Positions 13,211-26,495 of a DNA stretch of 64,000 nt are shown here, piece after piece. Origin of the DNA: Eledone cirrhosa (lineage: Eukaryota); NCBI GenBank assembly GCA_964016885.1, contig OZ024741.1, positions 66,340,001-66,404,000 on the forward strand. The letters run 5' to 3'. The notes under the pieces were generated by a model. That model had not been told where the DNA came from. It was given only the letters and a program-made list of their open reading frames with translations, and made no database searches. The translations under genes were made by a program, and so were the position numbers. Every line of letters begins with the position of its first letter. Within the stretch, counting starts at the first letter, position 1.

Positions 13211-13581
13211 TTAAAGTACTGTTTTGACAATATTCATCCACATATTTTTATGACCAGGCCATGTGAATGCACAATACATGGGAGATCCATTCTAAACCTA
13301 TGTCCAGTTTTTGTTATTTAGCTTCATATTAGCTCTTATTGAGCAGAATTACAGTAAGATCAAAGACTTTCCCATCTCATCATTTTTAGTATGTAGCACT
13401 ACATTATGTATTTTCCTTATTTAAAACAGTAGTGGGATTTGCAAGAGATTTTACTGCTATTTCTTGTAGGTCAAGTGACCTCATGAGAAGCTTCTTCATA
13501 TCAGATGTCTTGCAAAATGAGTACAACTGAAGAATATATATAGTTTGGTTTATTATATTGTATATAATCCTGGCCTATATA

Positions 13582-13613
<32 letters not shown>

Positions 13614-13616
13614 AAT

Positions 13617-13793
13617 ATTAGAAAAAGTTGGGGCTCGATGGCTGAGCTCTAGCCGTTTCAACTTGGTTGTCAAAATGGAAAAAGCTCAACTGTCGGGCCC
13701 TCACTCTTTCTAATATAGTCACACTCTACTACCCCAAGTATCGAGTACTCTATTGAATAATGCTCCAACTAGTATAATACTGGTTTAATCCTG
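13617..13793. mobile_element. Degenerate fold-back element in (TA)n, related to 24243 and 50938
   Basis: attagaaa..ggctgagct / agctcaact..tttctaat inverted repeat, followed by the tail ctctactaccccaagtatcgagtactct. Confidence 0.6.
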
Positions 13794-14051
13794 ATATATA
13801 TATATGGTTAAGATTTTTATGATATATTTAAACTTATCTTATACATTTATATACAAGCTAAATGCAATAGAAAATAATGTGCAGGAATTGAACCATGTAC
13901 TTGCTATATACTACATATACTAGACAATCACACAAAACCACTATGCTAGGATGATTCAATAGATTTTAGCATCAAATTAACGTATATAAATGCATTACTA
14001 GATTAAACTGCATATTGGTTAATGTCCATTTTCCACGCTAGCAATAGATAT

Positions 14052-14215
14052 AACATTTAATATAGAAATGGCTTCTACAGGACTAAAACTGTTTCCTTCA
14101 AATGAAACAGTTCTAGTCCTGTAGAAGCCATTTCTATATTAAATTTGTTGTTTACATTCTACTTATGTATTGAGTACCTTATTTACTGTGGTTTCCCCCG
14201 ATTTAATCTGGGACT
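14052..14215. mobile_element. Fold-back element with unpaired tail
   Basis: atttaatatagaaatggcttctacaggacta / tagtcctgtagaagccatttctatattaaat. The tail contains gtattgagtac, as in the other fold-backs. Confidence 0.65.
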
Positions 14216-14467
14216 CACACACACACACACATATATATACATTCAGGAGTCAGAATAAGCTAAAACTATTCTTGCATTTTATAGGCCAAAATCTTACTTA
14301 AGAGTTTTCAAATCATGGGAAGCAAGGAAAAGGGGAGAGAACTATTGTCTGAGCTGATCTAAGTAATTTGAAATAATTTTAGACAAACAGTGGTAGTGAA
14401 CTTTGTTTATAGCTAACTTTTTCGAATGGCTTGAATCATTTCATTCTATGTCTTACTAGCTTGCTTC

Positions 14468-15870
14468 TCAGGATCTGAACAAACCTAGAGAAGATTTAGG
14501 TTTTGAAATTGAGAGGCTGTGGAAAGAAGCAAAAGAGTCACTAACTGTGACGTCCCAGACAAGGCACCTGCCTCTCGACCATGGACACGGTAAGGCCGTC
14601 AGGTTTAGTTCCGTGTGATGCGCAAAGCGACCGGCATTCAGGTGGAAAGAAAGACCGCGGAGTCGAAGAGTTTGCCACACTGACACCTCAAACCCGTACA
14701 GACGTCAGCTGCCACTGAGGGAAATGGAGATACGAAGTTCGTCCAAGCTGAGTGGGCCACCAACGTTAGCCACAGGTAGGGCATCGACCCAGTCACCTGA
14801 GTATTTGGTGCTGACAGATAGTAAGTGGCACCATGAAAATTGATCCGACTGGACGAAGATGGAGTCGAAGGTGGCCTTCGAACCTATGCTCTGACTTCGA
14901 CTGTCCTACACCTTCTCAGGAACAGACAAGCCCAACTCACTCCATTGTTGCAGAGCTTCATCCAACTACTTGTTGGAACTAGTCCATGTTGGAGAGGAGA
15001 GGATGTTGCTCACCACGGTGGAGCAAGCGTGGGTGGAGGAAAGGAAGCAGGGGAGAGAGAGGGACGAACATTTACGAAGACCAAGACCCCCAAATCGCTT
15101 GTGCAACGCAGCCTGATCGCGGGACTCTGGAGAGAGTCTGACATTGACCAAGCACTCGAGTCTCTTGAAGATTAGGTCGTCGGAGCTTTGGAGGCAGGAC
15201 GGAAATCTGAGAAGGGCTGACCCTGAGCAGATACAGAAACTTAGGAATTGAAAGGTAGTTTCTGAGTATGAAAAAACCTTGATGGGGTTCGGTTGTTTCA
15301 ATATTCTTCAGCAGCTGCTCAAGGCCAACCATCTTCGGCTGGAAGATTGACTCAAAGCCAAGGTCTGTAATTGGGGCTCCTAAGGAGCACCAAGCCGATG
15401 GGGGAGGGCCGCAATGGAAAGGAAGGACTCCGTAAACAGGTCAATTGTCTATTGATGGTTGAGGATCCAGAGCTCACATTTGGAGCTATTGATCTGGAGA
15501 CCCCGACGGCCAAGCTCCTCAATCATTTTGTTAGCAATGGCGAGAACCTTATCCGGAGTTCCCCCCAAGCAAGCGACGTCGAGATACCAGACACTGAGGT
15601 CCAACTCAACCCCCATCTTGGTGACGTCATCAATGCCCAGTGCAAAGAGTGCGGGCTCGAGTGGGTCACCGTGTTGGACTCCTGAGGCAGAGGTGATGGT
15701 TTGGTCACCAAACGAAAGGTAGGAGGGCTCCCGATAAGCCTGCCAAGCAAAGTGGTAGAGTTGTGGGATCCTCTCTCTTACTGAGCTGAGGACGACATCA
15801 CAGCCGACGGAGTTAAAAGCATTCTTGAGGTCAAAATTGAGGATGACCTTGGGGGATAAGGAGGGCAATG
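14468..15870 (-). mobile_element. Decayed CRE-like non-LTR retrotransposon (RT plus restriction-like endonuclease region)
   Basis: DLKNAFNSV, GVQHGDPL and WYLDV (degenerate YLDD) RT motifs, then RFGGLGLR and PWSRGRCLVWDVTVSD. Multiple frameshifts. Confidence 0.8.
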
Positions 15871-15932
15871 CATTCTAAGGTTCAGAATACACACATTAAA
15901 GTTATTCAGGGAGTTCTATTGCAATGTGTTGG

Positions 15933-15971
<39 letters not shown>

Positions 15972-16201
15972 TAGGTAATTCCGAAGGAAAAGCAAAGGAA
16001 AAAAGAATGCTCTATATATGGAACAGAGCTATTTAATTAGAAAGTGAACAACACAAAATATAACTACTCCATTACCAAAGGTTTCTGGTTCCCAGACAAT
16101 AATAATATATGTCTGACGACCGATCCAGACGTATATTATTATTGTCTGGGATCCAGAAACCTTTGGTAATGGAGTAGTTATATTTTGTGTTGTTCATTTT
16201 C

Positions 16202-16206
<5 letters not shown>
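15972..16206. mobile_element. Fold-back element next to (TA)n
   Basis: Near-perfect arms of about 80 bp (16035-16206) with a 10-nt loop. Contains the 3' half of a hammerhead (GAAAcctttggTA). The unpaired tail is on the left. Confidence 0.7.
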
Positions 16207-16259
<53 letters not shown>

Positions 16260-16413
16260 CGTCCATTTATTCCAGATGATTCTGGATTTAATGCGTGGCT
16301 TCTGAGCACTGTGGTGCAAATACTGCACCATAGTGCTCAGAATACAGGGAAGAAACCAACGATTTTCGTTTGGTCCAGGCTAATTGTCTGTCTATTTCGA
16401 CACACACACACAC

Positions 16414-16501
<88 letters not shown>

Positions 16502-16619
16502 ATATCTGTTACAGATTCGTGTGGCTGGCCGTAACCTAAAAGTGCACCATTTTCTGTAATCTGACAAGCGATTGCAACACTCTTAGCAGAGTTTGCAGCC
16601 ATCATATATATATATATAT

Positions 16620-17655
16620 AAAATGTAATAGCATTGTATATTAGGGATTAACTTTCAAAACAATGTATATTATTACACATGGCATATCTATTTTGACATA
16701 TTAACAGCTATACAATCCTTCATAACATATACCTTGCCCAGATAACAATCTAAAGAGACCTTTAATGTATGATAGTAAAACACACTGTATTTAAAATCAG
16801 GTATAAATATACAGCGTTATGTAAAAGAGATCCAATGGTATCACATTATAATGTGTATTAGAACAAAGAATTTTAATAACTGAATTGAACTTAATTAGCT
16901 AGTTACCTCCCCTTACGCATTAGCTCCCCTTATTCACTTCCGGAAATTAACGATTGGAAAATTTAACGGTTGATCAAATATAGTCTATGAATATGAATAC
17001 ATTAAGTCTAATTTACAATCCATTGCTCTAACTAACTTAAAACATTCAATATAAACATTAACTAAAATTTAATTCAACATGTGTCATGGAAAAGTCTGCA
17101 AAAACTGTATGTTTCTCAACACACACAAATTCGAACACTATCAGCATACAGCACCCACCATAGATTCTAATACATTAACATATTTGCTTAAAGTGCAGCA
17201 TTTATTCATCTAAATATGCATAATAGCTTTGCTTGACTCCTTCTCAAGTATATGACTAACGCAGTTGCACTCTCCACACGCCTGCATATGAATGGTTAAT
17301 GTACTCTTCCTTTCTCAAAACTACTTTCTCAATGCCTTTTTAATGATGGACTATTCTCTTGTCTATTGCATGTATTCCACTCCGTGCTTTTGATTTTAAT
17401 TTAATTTGAATTTGAATTTGAACTTGAATGTTTGTACAATTATTGTACAATTCTCGTAAAATATATGTCACATCCATTCCACCCTGTAAATACGAAACTG
17501 TTGCTCACAACACCAATTTATATGTATCTATATTATTGTTCAGTTGAATAGGAGGTTAATTATATGTGCAAACATTGATAATGCTCCGATGATTCCAAAT
17601 GAGAGTTTGGAAGAAACGATTGTCAGCTATTAAATGATTTGAACACAACTTTGAT
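16620..17655 (+). mobile_element. Penelope/Naiad-like 3' UTR / pseudo-LTR remnant
   Basis: Homologous in reverse orientation to 47010-47950 (e.g. agctagttacctccccttac). Ends in a hammerhead motif and is TA-flanked. Confidence 0.7.
17583..17627 (+). ncRNA. Minimal type I hammerhead ribozyme (variant core)
   Basis: gct-CCGATGA-ttccaaa(tgagag)tttggaa-GAAA-cgattg-TC-agc. Confidence 0.65.
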
Positions 17656-17687
17656 AATTGTATAATATATATATATTTTTTTTTAAC

Positions 17688-18145
17688 GATCGACTTTCGT
17701 CAAATCGGACCGAGGAAACAATGTTTCCGTTGGTCTTTCCAATTGCTAATACTATCTATCGGTCGCAACTCCAGGTAGAAGGAGCAAAGTGCCGAAAAGG
17801 AGAACTGGTCAACATCATCGGATGCTTCCGAAGTGGCAGGTTTTATTTCAGAGTTTCCCTCTCTTAGAAAGGCGTTGTGACAACAACTGGGGGCCTTTCA
17901 CTCCCAGGTGGAAAAAAAAGGGTGCTATTTGGATATATCACCCTCCTCACCAAGCAAGTTTGGTTGGTTGCCAGTTTAGTCGCCGACAACCCGACCACAA
18001 GACAGGTTGTACTGGGTTACATGTTACCAGTACCACTCGAGAGCGACTTGTCACATACATACATATATATTTTTTAGAAGGAGCAAGGTGAAATAAAGTG
18101 TCTTGCTCAAGGACATAACGCATCACCCGGCTAAGTGGTTAGAGA
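17688..18145 (-). mobile_element. SINE family 2 copy interrupted by a LINE fragment
   Basis: 17688-17787 plus 18087-18145 match the uninterrupted copy at 24953-25163. Confidence 0.75.
17788..18074 (+). mobile_element. 5'-truncated R4/Dong-like LINE 3' end with 12-bp TSD
   Basis: Direct repeat tagaaggagcaa at 17776-17787 and 18075-18086. KKRVLFGYITLL resembles the QK.VLLG...IL terminus of RLE-type LINEs. The tail is (CATA)n-like. Confidence 0.55.
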
Positions 18146-18166
18146 ATATATATATATATATATATG

Positions 18167-18630
18167 GAAAAAATGAAATTTCATTTCTCACTCTTAGTAC
18201 GGCTGATACTTAAATATAAGTATGTATACGTACATACATATATGTATACAGACGTACAGTAGTATGTATATACATACATACATGCACACATATATATATA
18301 TATGTACGTATGGGTTTACCGAACATTTATTATAATGTTCGGTCTGTTTTTAAACAAACAGCCCGAATTAAGCCGTACAGTGTTAGGCAACCATCGTTGC
18401 CCTTTGTTCAACACTGACAAAGGAATGATGAACTAGTTTCTAGCTTATTAGCTGTCATCAGGAAGGTATACGATGCTGATGACAGCTAATAAGCTAGAAA
18501 CTAGTTCATCGTTCCTTTGTCAGTGTTGAACAAAAGGGCGACGATGGTTGCCGAACACTGTACGGCTTAATTCGGGCTGTTTGTTTACAAACAAACCGAA
18601 CATTATAATAAATGTTCGGTAAACCCATAC

Positions 18631-18690
<60 letters not shown>

Positions 18691-18752
18691 ATGTATGTAT
18701 GTATATACATACTACTGTACGTCTGTATACATATATATATGTACGTATACAT
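18167..18752. mobile_element. Large fold-back Penelope-like pseudo-LTR pair
   Basis: Arms of about 240-270 bp centred near 18468, with a hammerhead core in both arms. A second, internally deleted copy lies at 42481-42700. Confidence 0.8.
18471..18511 (+). ncRNA. Minimal type I hammerhead ribozyme
   Basis: cgatg-CTGATGA-cagct(aata)agcta-GAAA-ctag-TT-catcg. The stem III region AACTAGTT is palindromic. Confidence 0.8.
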
Positions 18753-19934
18753 ACTGATATTTATATATATATATATATATATACACAAACACACGTGGCG
18801 TATTATTATGGTTGGTAAATTACAAATTAGAAAAGATTTTAAGTATCATCATGCCTCAAAACTATATAAAGTGTTTATGTGTATTTTACTGTGTAACTAT
18901 ATCATTTGTACATCTAAAGTTAACATTTAAATTTGCACACGGAATATATTAACACATTGTTTTTGCCTGTCGGCCTCTCTCTCTCTCTCTCCCTATACAC
19001 GCACACACACATATATATATACGTATATGTGCACATACATATATATATATATCATGTGACAACAATTTGTGCTACATTTGTTTGCGAAATGGTAATTTGA
19101 TATCTTATTCCTACCCCCCCCCCCCCTCTCTCTCTTCCACACACACACATACACAGGTTGTCCCCCAAAATATATATACACTTTGATTAGAATGCTGTTG
19201 AAGTGTGTGTACATTTTTTGGGGACACCCCGCAGACCTGCCAACCTCTAAAATCCCAAACAGGGAGTACCATGAAAAAGTGCCCCAAACTAGGGAGAAAT
19301 GAGGCAAAATGGGGAAATTTTACACAATGAAACTATACCCATTTTCACAAGAAAAGACATCTCTCACCCACCCCAATGTCGGACGGGGAGAGTTGACAGG
19401 TCTGCACAATATATATATATATAATAAAATTAGGAAAATTAACAAAGAGAAGACAACGAACGAAAACAAGGCAAAACGGAAAGAAAAAAAACATTTTTTG
19501 AAAGGAAAACCTTAAAAAAGTAAAAAAAAAAAAAAAATAGACAAACGAAAGACACAGAACTCCAAGATCTTCAGCCGCCAAGTCTTCTGGCTGTTTCGAC
19601 CCATATCGACGGCACTGCTGGTCAACCCGGGGTCACAGCGTCTGACATAAGCCAAAGCGCTGTCAGTGGAGTAATAGACAAAACAATAACTTACAGCAAT
19701 AAAGCCATAACAGTTACACATAGAGTTTTATGTGATGACTAGCAGAAGGTATTGTGATATTTATAGCAACCATAATCTCCTGGGAAAAAGGAGGTAAAGA
19801 AAAAGAAAGGAAAAAAAGGCAAGAAGTAAGATGTGTTAAAAATGTATTCCATTGAAATGATTAGGGGAGAAGAAAGAAACACTTCGTTAGTAACAGTAAT
19901 TTTTTTTATTGGTTATTTGAAATCATATATATAT

Positions 19935-19960
19935 ACTAGACCACCCGTGACGCGTTGGGT
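19935..19960 (-). mobile_element. Helitron-like 3' terminus
   Basis: The - strand reads accc-aacgcgtcac-gggt-ggt-CTAG-T. Confidence 0.45.
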
Positions 19961-20228
19961 AATGTTCACTTCAAAATATTTTTTGAATAATAAAAATATA
20001 CACAGACATGTATATAATGTGAAATGAAACTGGAAGGCCCCACATATATATACGTGTGTGTATGTATATATACAAATGTGTGTGTGTGTGTATATATATA
20101 TTTATATATATGTGAGTGTCTGTGATCTATATGCACTGGTCATAGACACACACACACATACACACATGTATATATATACACACACACTCACACACACACA
20201 CATACACATGTATATATATACACACACA

Positions 20229-20284
<56 letters not shown>

Positions 20285-20536
20285 ATATATATATATATAC
20301 AACAACACCACCAGCTCTCTTCTATTCTCCTTCTCTATCTCCTCTCCCTTTCTCTATGTCTCTCTTTCAATCTACTCTGTCACAACCACTATCTCTTCCT
20401 CTCTATCCCTCTCTCTCTCTTTGTTTATGAAGGTACCCGGAAACCCCCATATCTTAGGAACCCTTGCTTCTATTCACGCGAAACTTGTTTTATTCCATTT
20501 ATATTCCCATTTCAGGGGCAACCTCTTTTCAAAGTA

Positions 20537-20606
20537 TTTTCCCATTATGCGCCCTTTTGGCTGTATTACATTACAGACAAGCAAGCAAGCAATCACAGAC
20601 TTTTAG

Positions 20607-20685
<79 letters not shown>

Positions 20686-20753
20686 TCTGTGATTGCTTGC
20701 TTGCTTGTTTGTAATGTAATACAGCCAAAAGGGAGGGCGCATAATGGGAAAAT
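20537..20753. repeat. Inverted repeat enclosing a (TA)n loop
   Basis: ttttcccattatgcgccc..gcaagcaatcacagactt, then (TA)n, then aagtctgtgattgcttgc..gggcgcataatgggaaaa. Confidence 0.85.
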
Positions 20754-20958
20754 ATTTACTGTCAAAACCGGAATTGAACCATCAGCACAGTTGAGGTATG
20801 TCAGACATCAATTTATTTTATCTGATGAGGACATACTGATGAAACAGCCCAGTACCTCTGAAATATATATAATAAAATATATTTGATCACATGAATGTTT
20901 ATATTTATTTATATTTTGAAGTAATATAAACTAGAAGAAATGTGTACATATTTAATTA

Positions 20959-21034
20959 CCTCTACCATGGTTTCGTCCGCATTTTAAGACATCCGATAAC
21001 ATAGGATATCTAGAGCTTCGGATTCATCAGGAAG
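20959..21034 (-). ncRNA. Type I hammerhead ribozyme with extended loop II, inside the inverted repeat 20929-21130
   Basis: The - strand reads cttc-CTGATGA-atccg..(loop)..cggac-GAAA-ccatgg-TA-gagg, with palindromic ACCATGGT. Confidence 0.7.
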
Positions 21035-21481
21035 TTAGCTCAAATTTAGACAATTAATTTTCCAAAGTGATCGCGCCAAGAATACATTAAAAAATGGCTA
21101 ATTAAATATGTACACATTTCTTCTAGTTTATTTTACACCTAATTCTGTTTAGTTGACTGTATATCTGGTGGATTTATACATGCTGTAGAAATGTTCGATA
21201 AATACTCCGTCGTAGCCGCCGCGAAGGGCCTGCTTTCGATTATTTGTCGGAGATTTCTTCATAGGAGCCTTTATTCTTATAGCTTGGTCTAATTGATTTG
21301 TATATGGTTAATTATGCTAATTGGGAGAGGAAACGGTATATATTTTATCTAGTGATTCTATAGACATGTTTTATGATATATAGCTCTGATTATTTAATTT
21401 ATTAATTCTTCATTGAGCCACAAAGTGACCCGTTGCAAAACACATATATATCTATGACTTTATATATATATATATGTAAAC

Positions 21482-21539
<58 letters not shown>

Positions 21540-22069
21540 ATGTGTGTGTGTGTGTATTTATAATTATATTAGATATGAATCGAAGTTGTAGCTGCCACAT
21601 AGCAGGTACCACTCGAGTTGTTTGAGGCAATCAGATAGAGGTGTATATGAATGTATGGGGAAGCTATATAATATAGGTGTGTATGCTGGCATAAGGAAGC
21701 TGCGACAGGCTGCAGTTTTACACACCCTAGATTCTATGCGAGCTGCGTCCGACCTGCTCATCCCAAATACTCCAGCCAAAACCACCATAGGAAAATAACA
21801 CAGCACATTGGAAGTGTGCTGAGGTTGCGCGTACTGCCCCGATGAAGAGGAGACAGTATGCAGAAGCAATACAGACTGTAGCCGCGGAGCAACACTCTTT
21901 TTTAAACATGGCAGAAAATATTGTGAAAAAGCTGACTTGACTTCATCAGATACAAAGCCAAAGTCAGTAACACTAACATTCGCGACCACCACAAATAAAG
22001 GACCTTGGGTGGCCACCACTGATACCCATACAAATGTCATATCAGCGGCCACCTCTGGCACTCCAAATG

Positions 22070-24062
22070 TCACACCAGTGCTACTACTAAATGTTAGTGA
22101 CCTGGTAAAATTGACCAACATATGTAAAATCCCCTACTTAAAAGACCTAGTCATAAGCAATCAAGCAATATGAATGGCACTAATTGAAACTCACCTGACG
22201 CCTCGCATAGCAGATGCGGAAATACGTATACCAAAAGAGGGAGAGAACTCACAGTGAATTGCTTTGTACATCCGTGAAGATGTCACACCATTGGTACTGT
22301 TGTCACATTCCAACTCTGTCTGTAACACGCTAATAGTACACGTAAAGCAATTCGAAAAGGTAATATGTGTCACACATCGACCACCAGATGCTCCCAGACA
22401 CGAGGACAAGTTTGAAGATAGCCTTAGAAAGATTGAAGAAGTACTAATCAATTTTGATCAGAGTTTCAACATCCTGCTACTGGGAGATTTTAACCTCCCC
22501 AAGGTCAAATGGCCCGATGGCTACCCCCTTCTCAGGAATGACGGCACTTGAACAAAGGCAGGCAGAATCTTTGATGGATCTTACAAACCGACTTTTTCAT
22601 GTAACAAATGTAACTTCATCCAACAAGAGGTGAGAATACCCTGGATCTCTGCTTCATAAATAACACTGTGAAAGTGACACCAACGATTTTCTCAGACTAT
22701 AACATAGAAGTTGTAACGTATAGTCCGAGGAAGACTGTAGATGTGCAGCCGACAGGAAGCATATCCAGCCTAAACTTCCACAAAGCTAACTGGAAAAAGA
22801 TTCAGAAGGAGATCCTGAAGCAATACTAGACTGACAGTCTCTCTACGGAAGATGTCAATATACAACTTGAGCAATTCATGGAAATAATACGTAGCTTTGG
22901 CATAGCGGGAAAACTAGGTAAATGGCTTCATGACTTCTTAAAAGACAGAAGCCAGACTGTTGCTGCCAACGGGGCCCTCTCAAAGGAAACGTCAATAACA
23001 AGCGGCGTGTCGCATGGAACCGTCTTGGGACTACTACTGTTTGTGGTAGCTCTCTCAGACATGCCTTCTGTAATACGGACAACCTCCCTCAAGCTATGCT
23101 GATGACACGAAAGTAGCACAGGCAATCAAAAACCGACTGAAGCAACTCTCTTATAACAATATTTAGATACCATATATAGATGGGATGCAGACAATAATAT
23201 GCAATTTAATGCAGGTAAGTTTCAAGCCCTCCGCTTTCAACCCACAAACATAGGACCACTACAACAAAGGTACACTGGTTCAGGAAGAATCGAAATCCCC
23301 GAGTCAAAATCAATACGGGACCTGGGCATTGATATGAGCAATGATGCATCGTTTCATGCATACTTCACCAAAATGACGGCAACGTGCAGACCACTAGGGG
23401 ATTGGATTCTGAAGACTTTGAGGACAAGAAATCCGGAAATCATGTTGGTCCTCTGGAGGACTTTCGACTTCAGTCGACTTGACTATTGCTCTCAGCTGTG
23501 GTCACCCCTCAGTCTAACCACGGAAATTGAAGCAATCCAACGAAGCTACAATAAGAGGATTACCTCAATGACAGAGACGAGCTACTGGGAGAGGCAGAAA
23601 GAACTAAAGATTTACTCCCTGGAGCACAGATGGGAGAGATACGCAGTGATACACATATGGAAGATCCTGGAAGGGTTAACACCAAATTCCGGCATTGATG
23701 GTCGGACCATCCCACGAACAGTTCGCCACTGTGTAGTGTTAAAGGTCCTATCTATCGCATCAAGAATAAGGATAACATACTGCAATAACCTAGTATTGAA
23801 AGGACCCCAGCTTTTTAATAAGCCGCCAAAAAATTTGAGAGATCTGCGTGGTGTGCATGTAGATGTTTTCAAGAAACATCTCGACATTCTGCTAACCAAG
23901 ATCCCGGATGAACCCACAGCACGAAGTGAAGCGTAAATAAGGGCGACAGCAACATACTCCCTTTGGCATCAATGGCCAACTAAGGATGGCTGGCTGTAGA
24001 AAATGTAGCGTCAATGACAGTGCCCCAGCATGGCCTAAGCTTTTCGGCTGGAACACGTAATA
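22070..24062 (+). mobile_element. Decayed, internally deleted CR1/L2-group LINE
   Basis: APE endonuclease remnants (HRPPD, LLLGDFNLP) and RT remnants (SGVSHGTVLGLLLF, frameshifted YADDTK, MQFNAGKFQ, SRLDYCSQLWSP). The 3' end ccccagcatggcc..cggctggaacacgtaa recurs at 53110-53165. Confidence 0.85.
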
Positions 24063-24242
24063 CTATAAGAGAGCAATATATAAGTCTCCCTATGAATGTT
24101 TTAAACTGTGATCATGTCATACCTTAAAACAGTCATAACGTAATATATACTTTCATTATACAAAAACATATACATACATGTCGTCATATACACCTCTATT
24201 ATGAATCATGCTATGTTAGTGCTATTGCTTATATATATACAT

Positions 24243-24430
24243 ATAGGAAAAGAGTCAGGACCCCCGACGGCTGAGCTCCGGCCGTTTCGACAGCTAGATG
24301 CGAACTAAATCACTGGTTTAGCTCACCCATCTGGGTCCTGACTCTTTTCCTATTACCCACTCTTCTACCCTAAGTATTGAGTACTCTGGTGCGTTATGGT
24401 CCACCTGGTTCCTTACCACACTTTCTTTGT

Positions 24431-24431
<1 letters not shown>
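24243..24431. mobile_element. Fold-back element with tail in (TA)n
   Basis: ataggaaaagagtcaggaccc / gggtcctgactcttttcctat. The tail acccactcttctaccc..accacactttctttgtt is shared, inverted, with 50938-51017. Confidence 0.75.
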
Positions 24432-24469
<38 letters not shown>

Positions 24470-24473
<4 letters not shown>

Positions 24474-24678
24474 GGTGGCCACTGAAAAGCTTGTTCGATT
24501 TCAATCATTTTTAGTTTTTTGTTTTTGCAGGTTATACAGCATCCCCTGTTTCTCACACATAATACTGAAAAAAATCCATTACTTATATTTCCAAATAAAA
24601 TAATGAAAAAAAAAAAAAAAACGTGTTTGTAAAAGTTATTTTTGTTTTATATCATTCAGTCTTTCAGTGGCCACCCTA
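24470..24678. mobile_element. Tc1/mariner-type MITE
   Basis: TIRs cagggtggccactgaaa / tttcagtggccaccct in a TA-rich context. Confidence 0.75.
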
Positions 24679-24871
24679 TATATAAAGCGTGTCCCAAAAA
24701 TGTGTATATACAATATTTATTAGAATGCATATATTTGTGTATACATTTTTTTGGATACCCTGTATATATATATATGTCTGAAATGTATAGCCTTACACAC
24801 GCTGATGAACCATAGGCTAATCATTTCTGTCAACAAATTAGTTGGTGAAACAGATCCTGTTGGATTTATAG

Positions 24872-24948
<77 letters not shown>

Positions 24949-24952
24949 GAGT

Positions 24953-25163
24953 CGATCGACTTTCGTTAAATCGGACCGAAGGAATAATGTTTCCATTGGT
25001 CTTTCTAATTACTAATACTCTCTATCGGTCGCAACTCCAGGTAGAAGGAGCAACGTGGGACAAAGCGTCTTGTCCAAGGACACAATGCATTGCCCGGTCC
25101 AGGAATAGAACTCACAACCTCACGATTGCGAATCCAATTCTCTAACCACTCAGCCACATGCCT
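24953..25163 (-). mobile_element. tRNA-derived SINE family 2
   Basis: The - strand has A-box TGGCTGAGTGG and B-box-like GAGTTCTATTCC, then tgtgtccttggacaagacgctt. Confidence 0.8.
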
Positions 25164-25171
25164 TCATATAT

Positions 25172-25236
<65 letters not shown>

Positions 25237-25548
25237 CAATTGTAACAATGACGATAGTGAAAATGGAAGTAAGATGTCGACGAAGGTCTGGTTATGAAGA
25301 AAACACAGATTTTAGAATCGTGTTAAGCATAAAGGACGATTGACATAGATATATATGGATTGATTTCATCAAAATGTCCTGATAAAACAAAAGACGTAGG
25401 GAATAGAACAGCTGGTTATAACGGACACACACACACACACACACAACAGTCGGTAGTTATATAATAATATATAGATAACGGCTGACAGTGAATAGGAAAT
25501 AAAGATAGGGATTATATAATTAGAGAACACAAGAGAGCTTGCTACAGC

Positions 25549-25603
<55 letters not shown>

Positions 25604-25863
25604 GTTAAGGTATCAATACATACTTAACTAGGTTAAGGTATCAATACATACTTAATATGTATGATGATAATATTTTTTAATAAATATGTTCAATGGATAG
25701 TTCATTACTTAAATTGATTGTTCGCTTTTTTTTGTGGTGGTGGGGGGTTATGAAACGGCGCTGTAGGAAAAACTGGCTTTTTCCACCTTAGTATGTATAT
25801 TTTCCTGAATATTATTTGCTTTATATATGTGTACAAAATACTATGTGTTTCACAAACGATATA

Positions 25864-25944
<81 letters not shown>

Positions 25945-26495
25945 ACCTATATCTCTTCAATTTGAATTATTGATGTTCTGAACCAAGGTCCATTGAGCTT
26001 ATTTATTGAGAAACATGATCATCATGTATATTAAATATGTATTGATACCTTAACATAGTATATAACCACATACAATTTATCAATTTGTTGAGTTGCTTCA
26101 ACTGTGATTAGTACTTCGCAGTTCTTTCTACCCGATACGACGTCCAGTCCTCTTTATATTTGCCTTGGCCGTTAAACCTTTTTTGACACCAAGTGGAGTA
26201 GAGATTTAACCAAACTCTCTGATCTAGACTTTAAAAAATATTGTGTACAGTATGGGACATATGTAAAGATAATTCCTCTGATAATTAAATCCTTGTCTTC
26301 CGTTGCTTTACCAAAATCGATAAACTTAGACTGATTGTTCGCTTCGTTTTTTTAGACTACGAAACGGTACTGAAAGGAAAAAATGGCTTTTTCACCTTAT
26401 AGCATGTATATTTTCCTGAATATTATTTGCTTTATATGGTCAGCCTATGAAGGAGTGATGCTAGAGCTCTGAAATCTTGCATGCATTAATTTCAA

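Noticed and set aside
16113-16170. Complete hammerhead starting at CTGACGA
   Set aside because: The CTGACGA spans the arm/loop junction and there is no stem I partner. Only the 3' half is supported.
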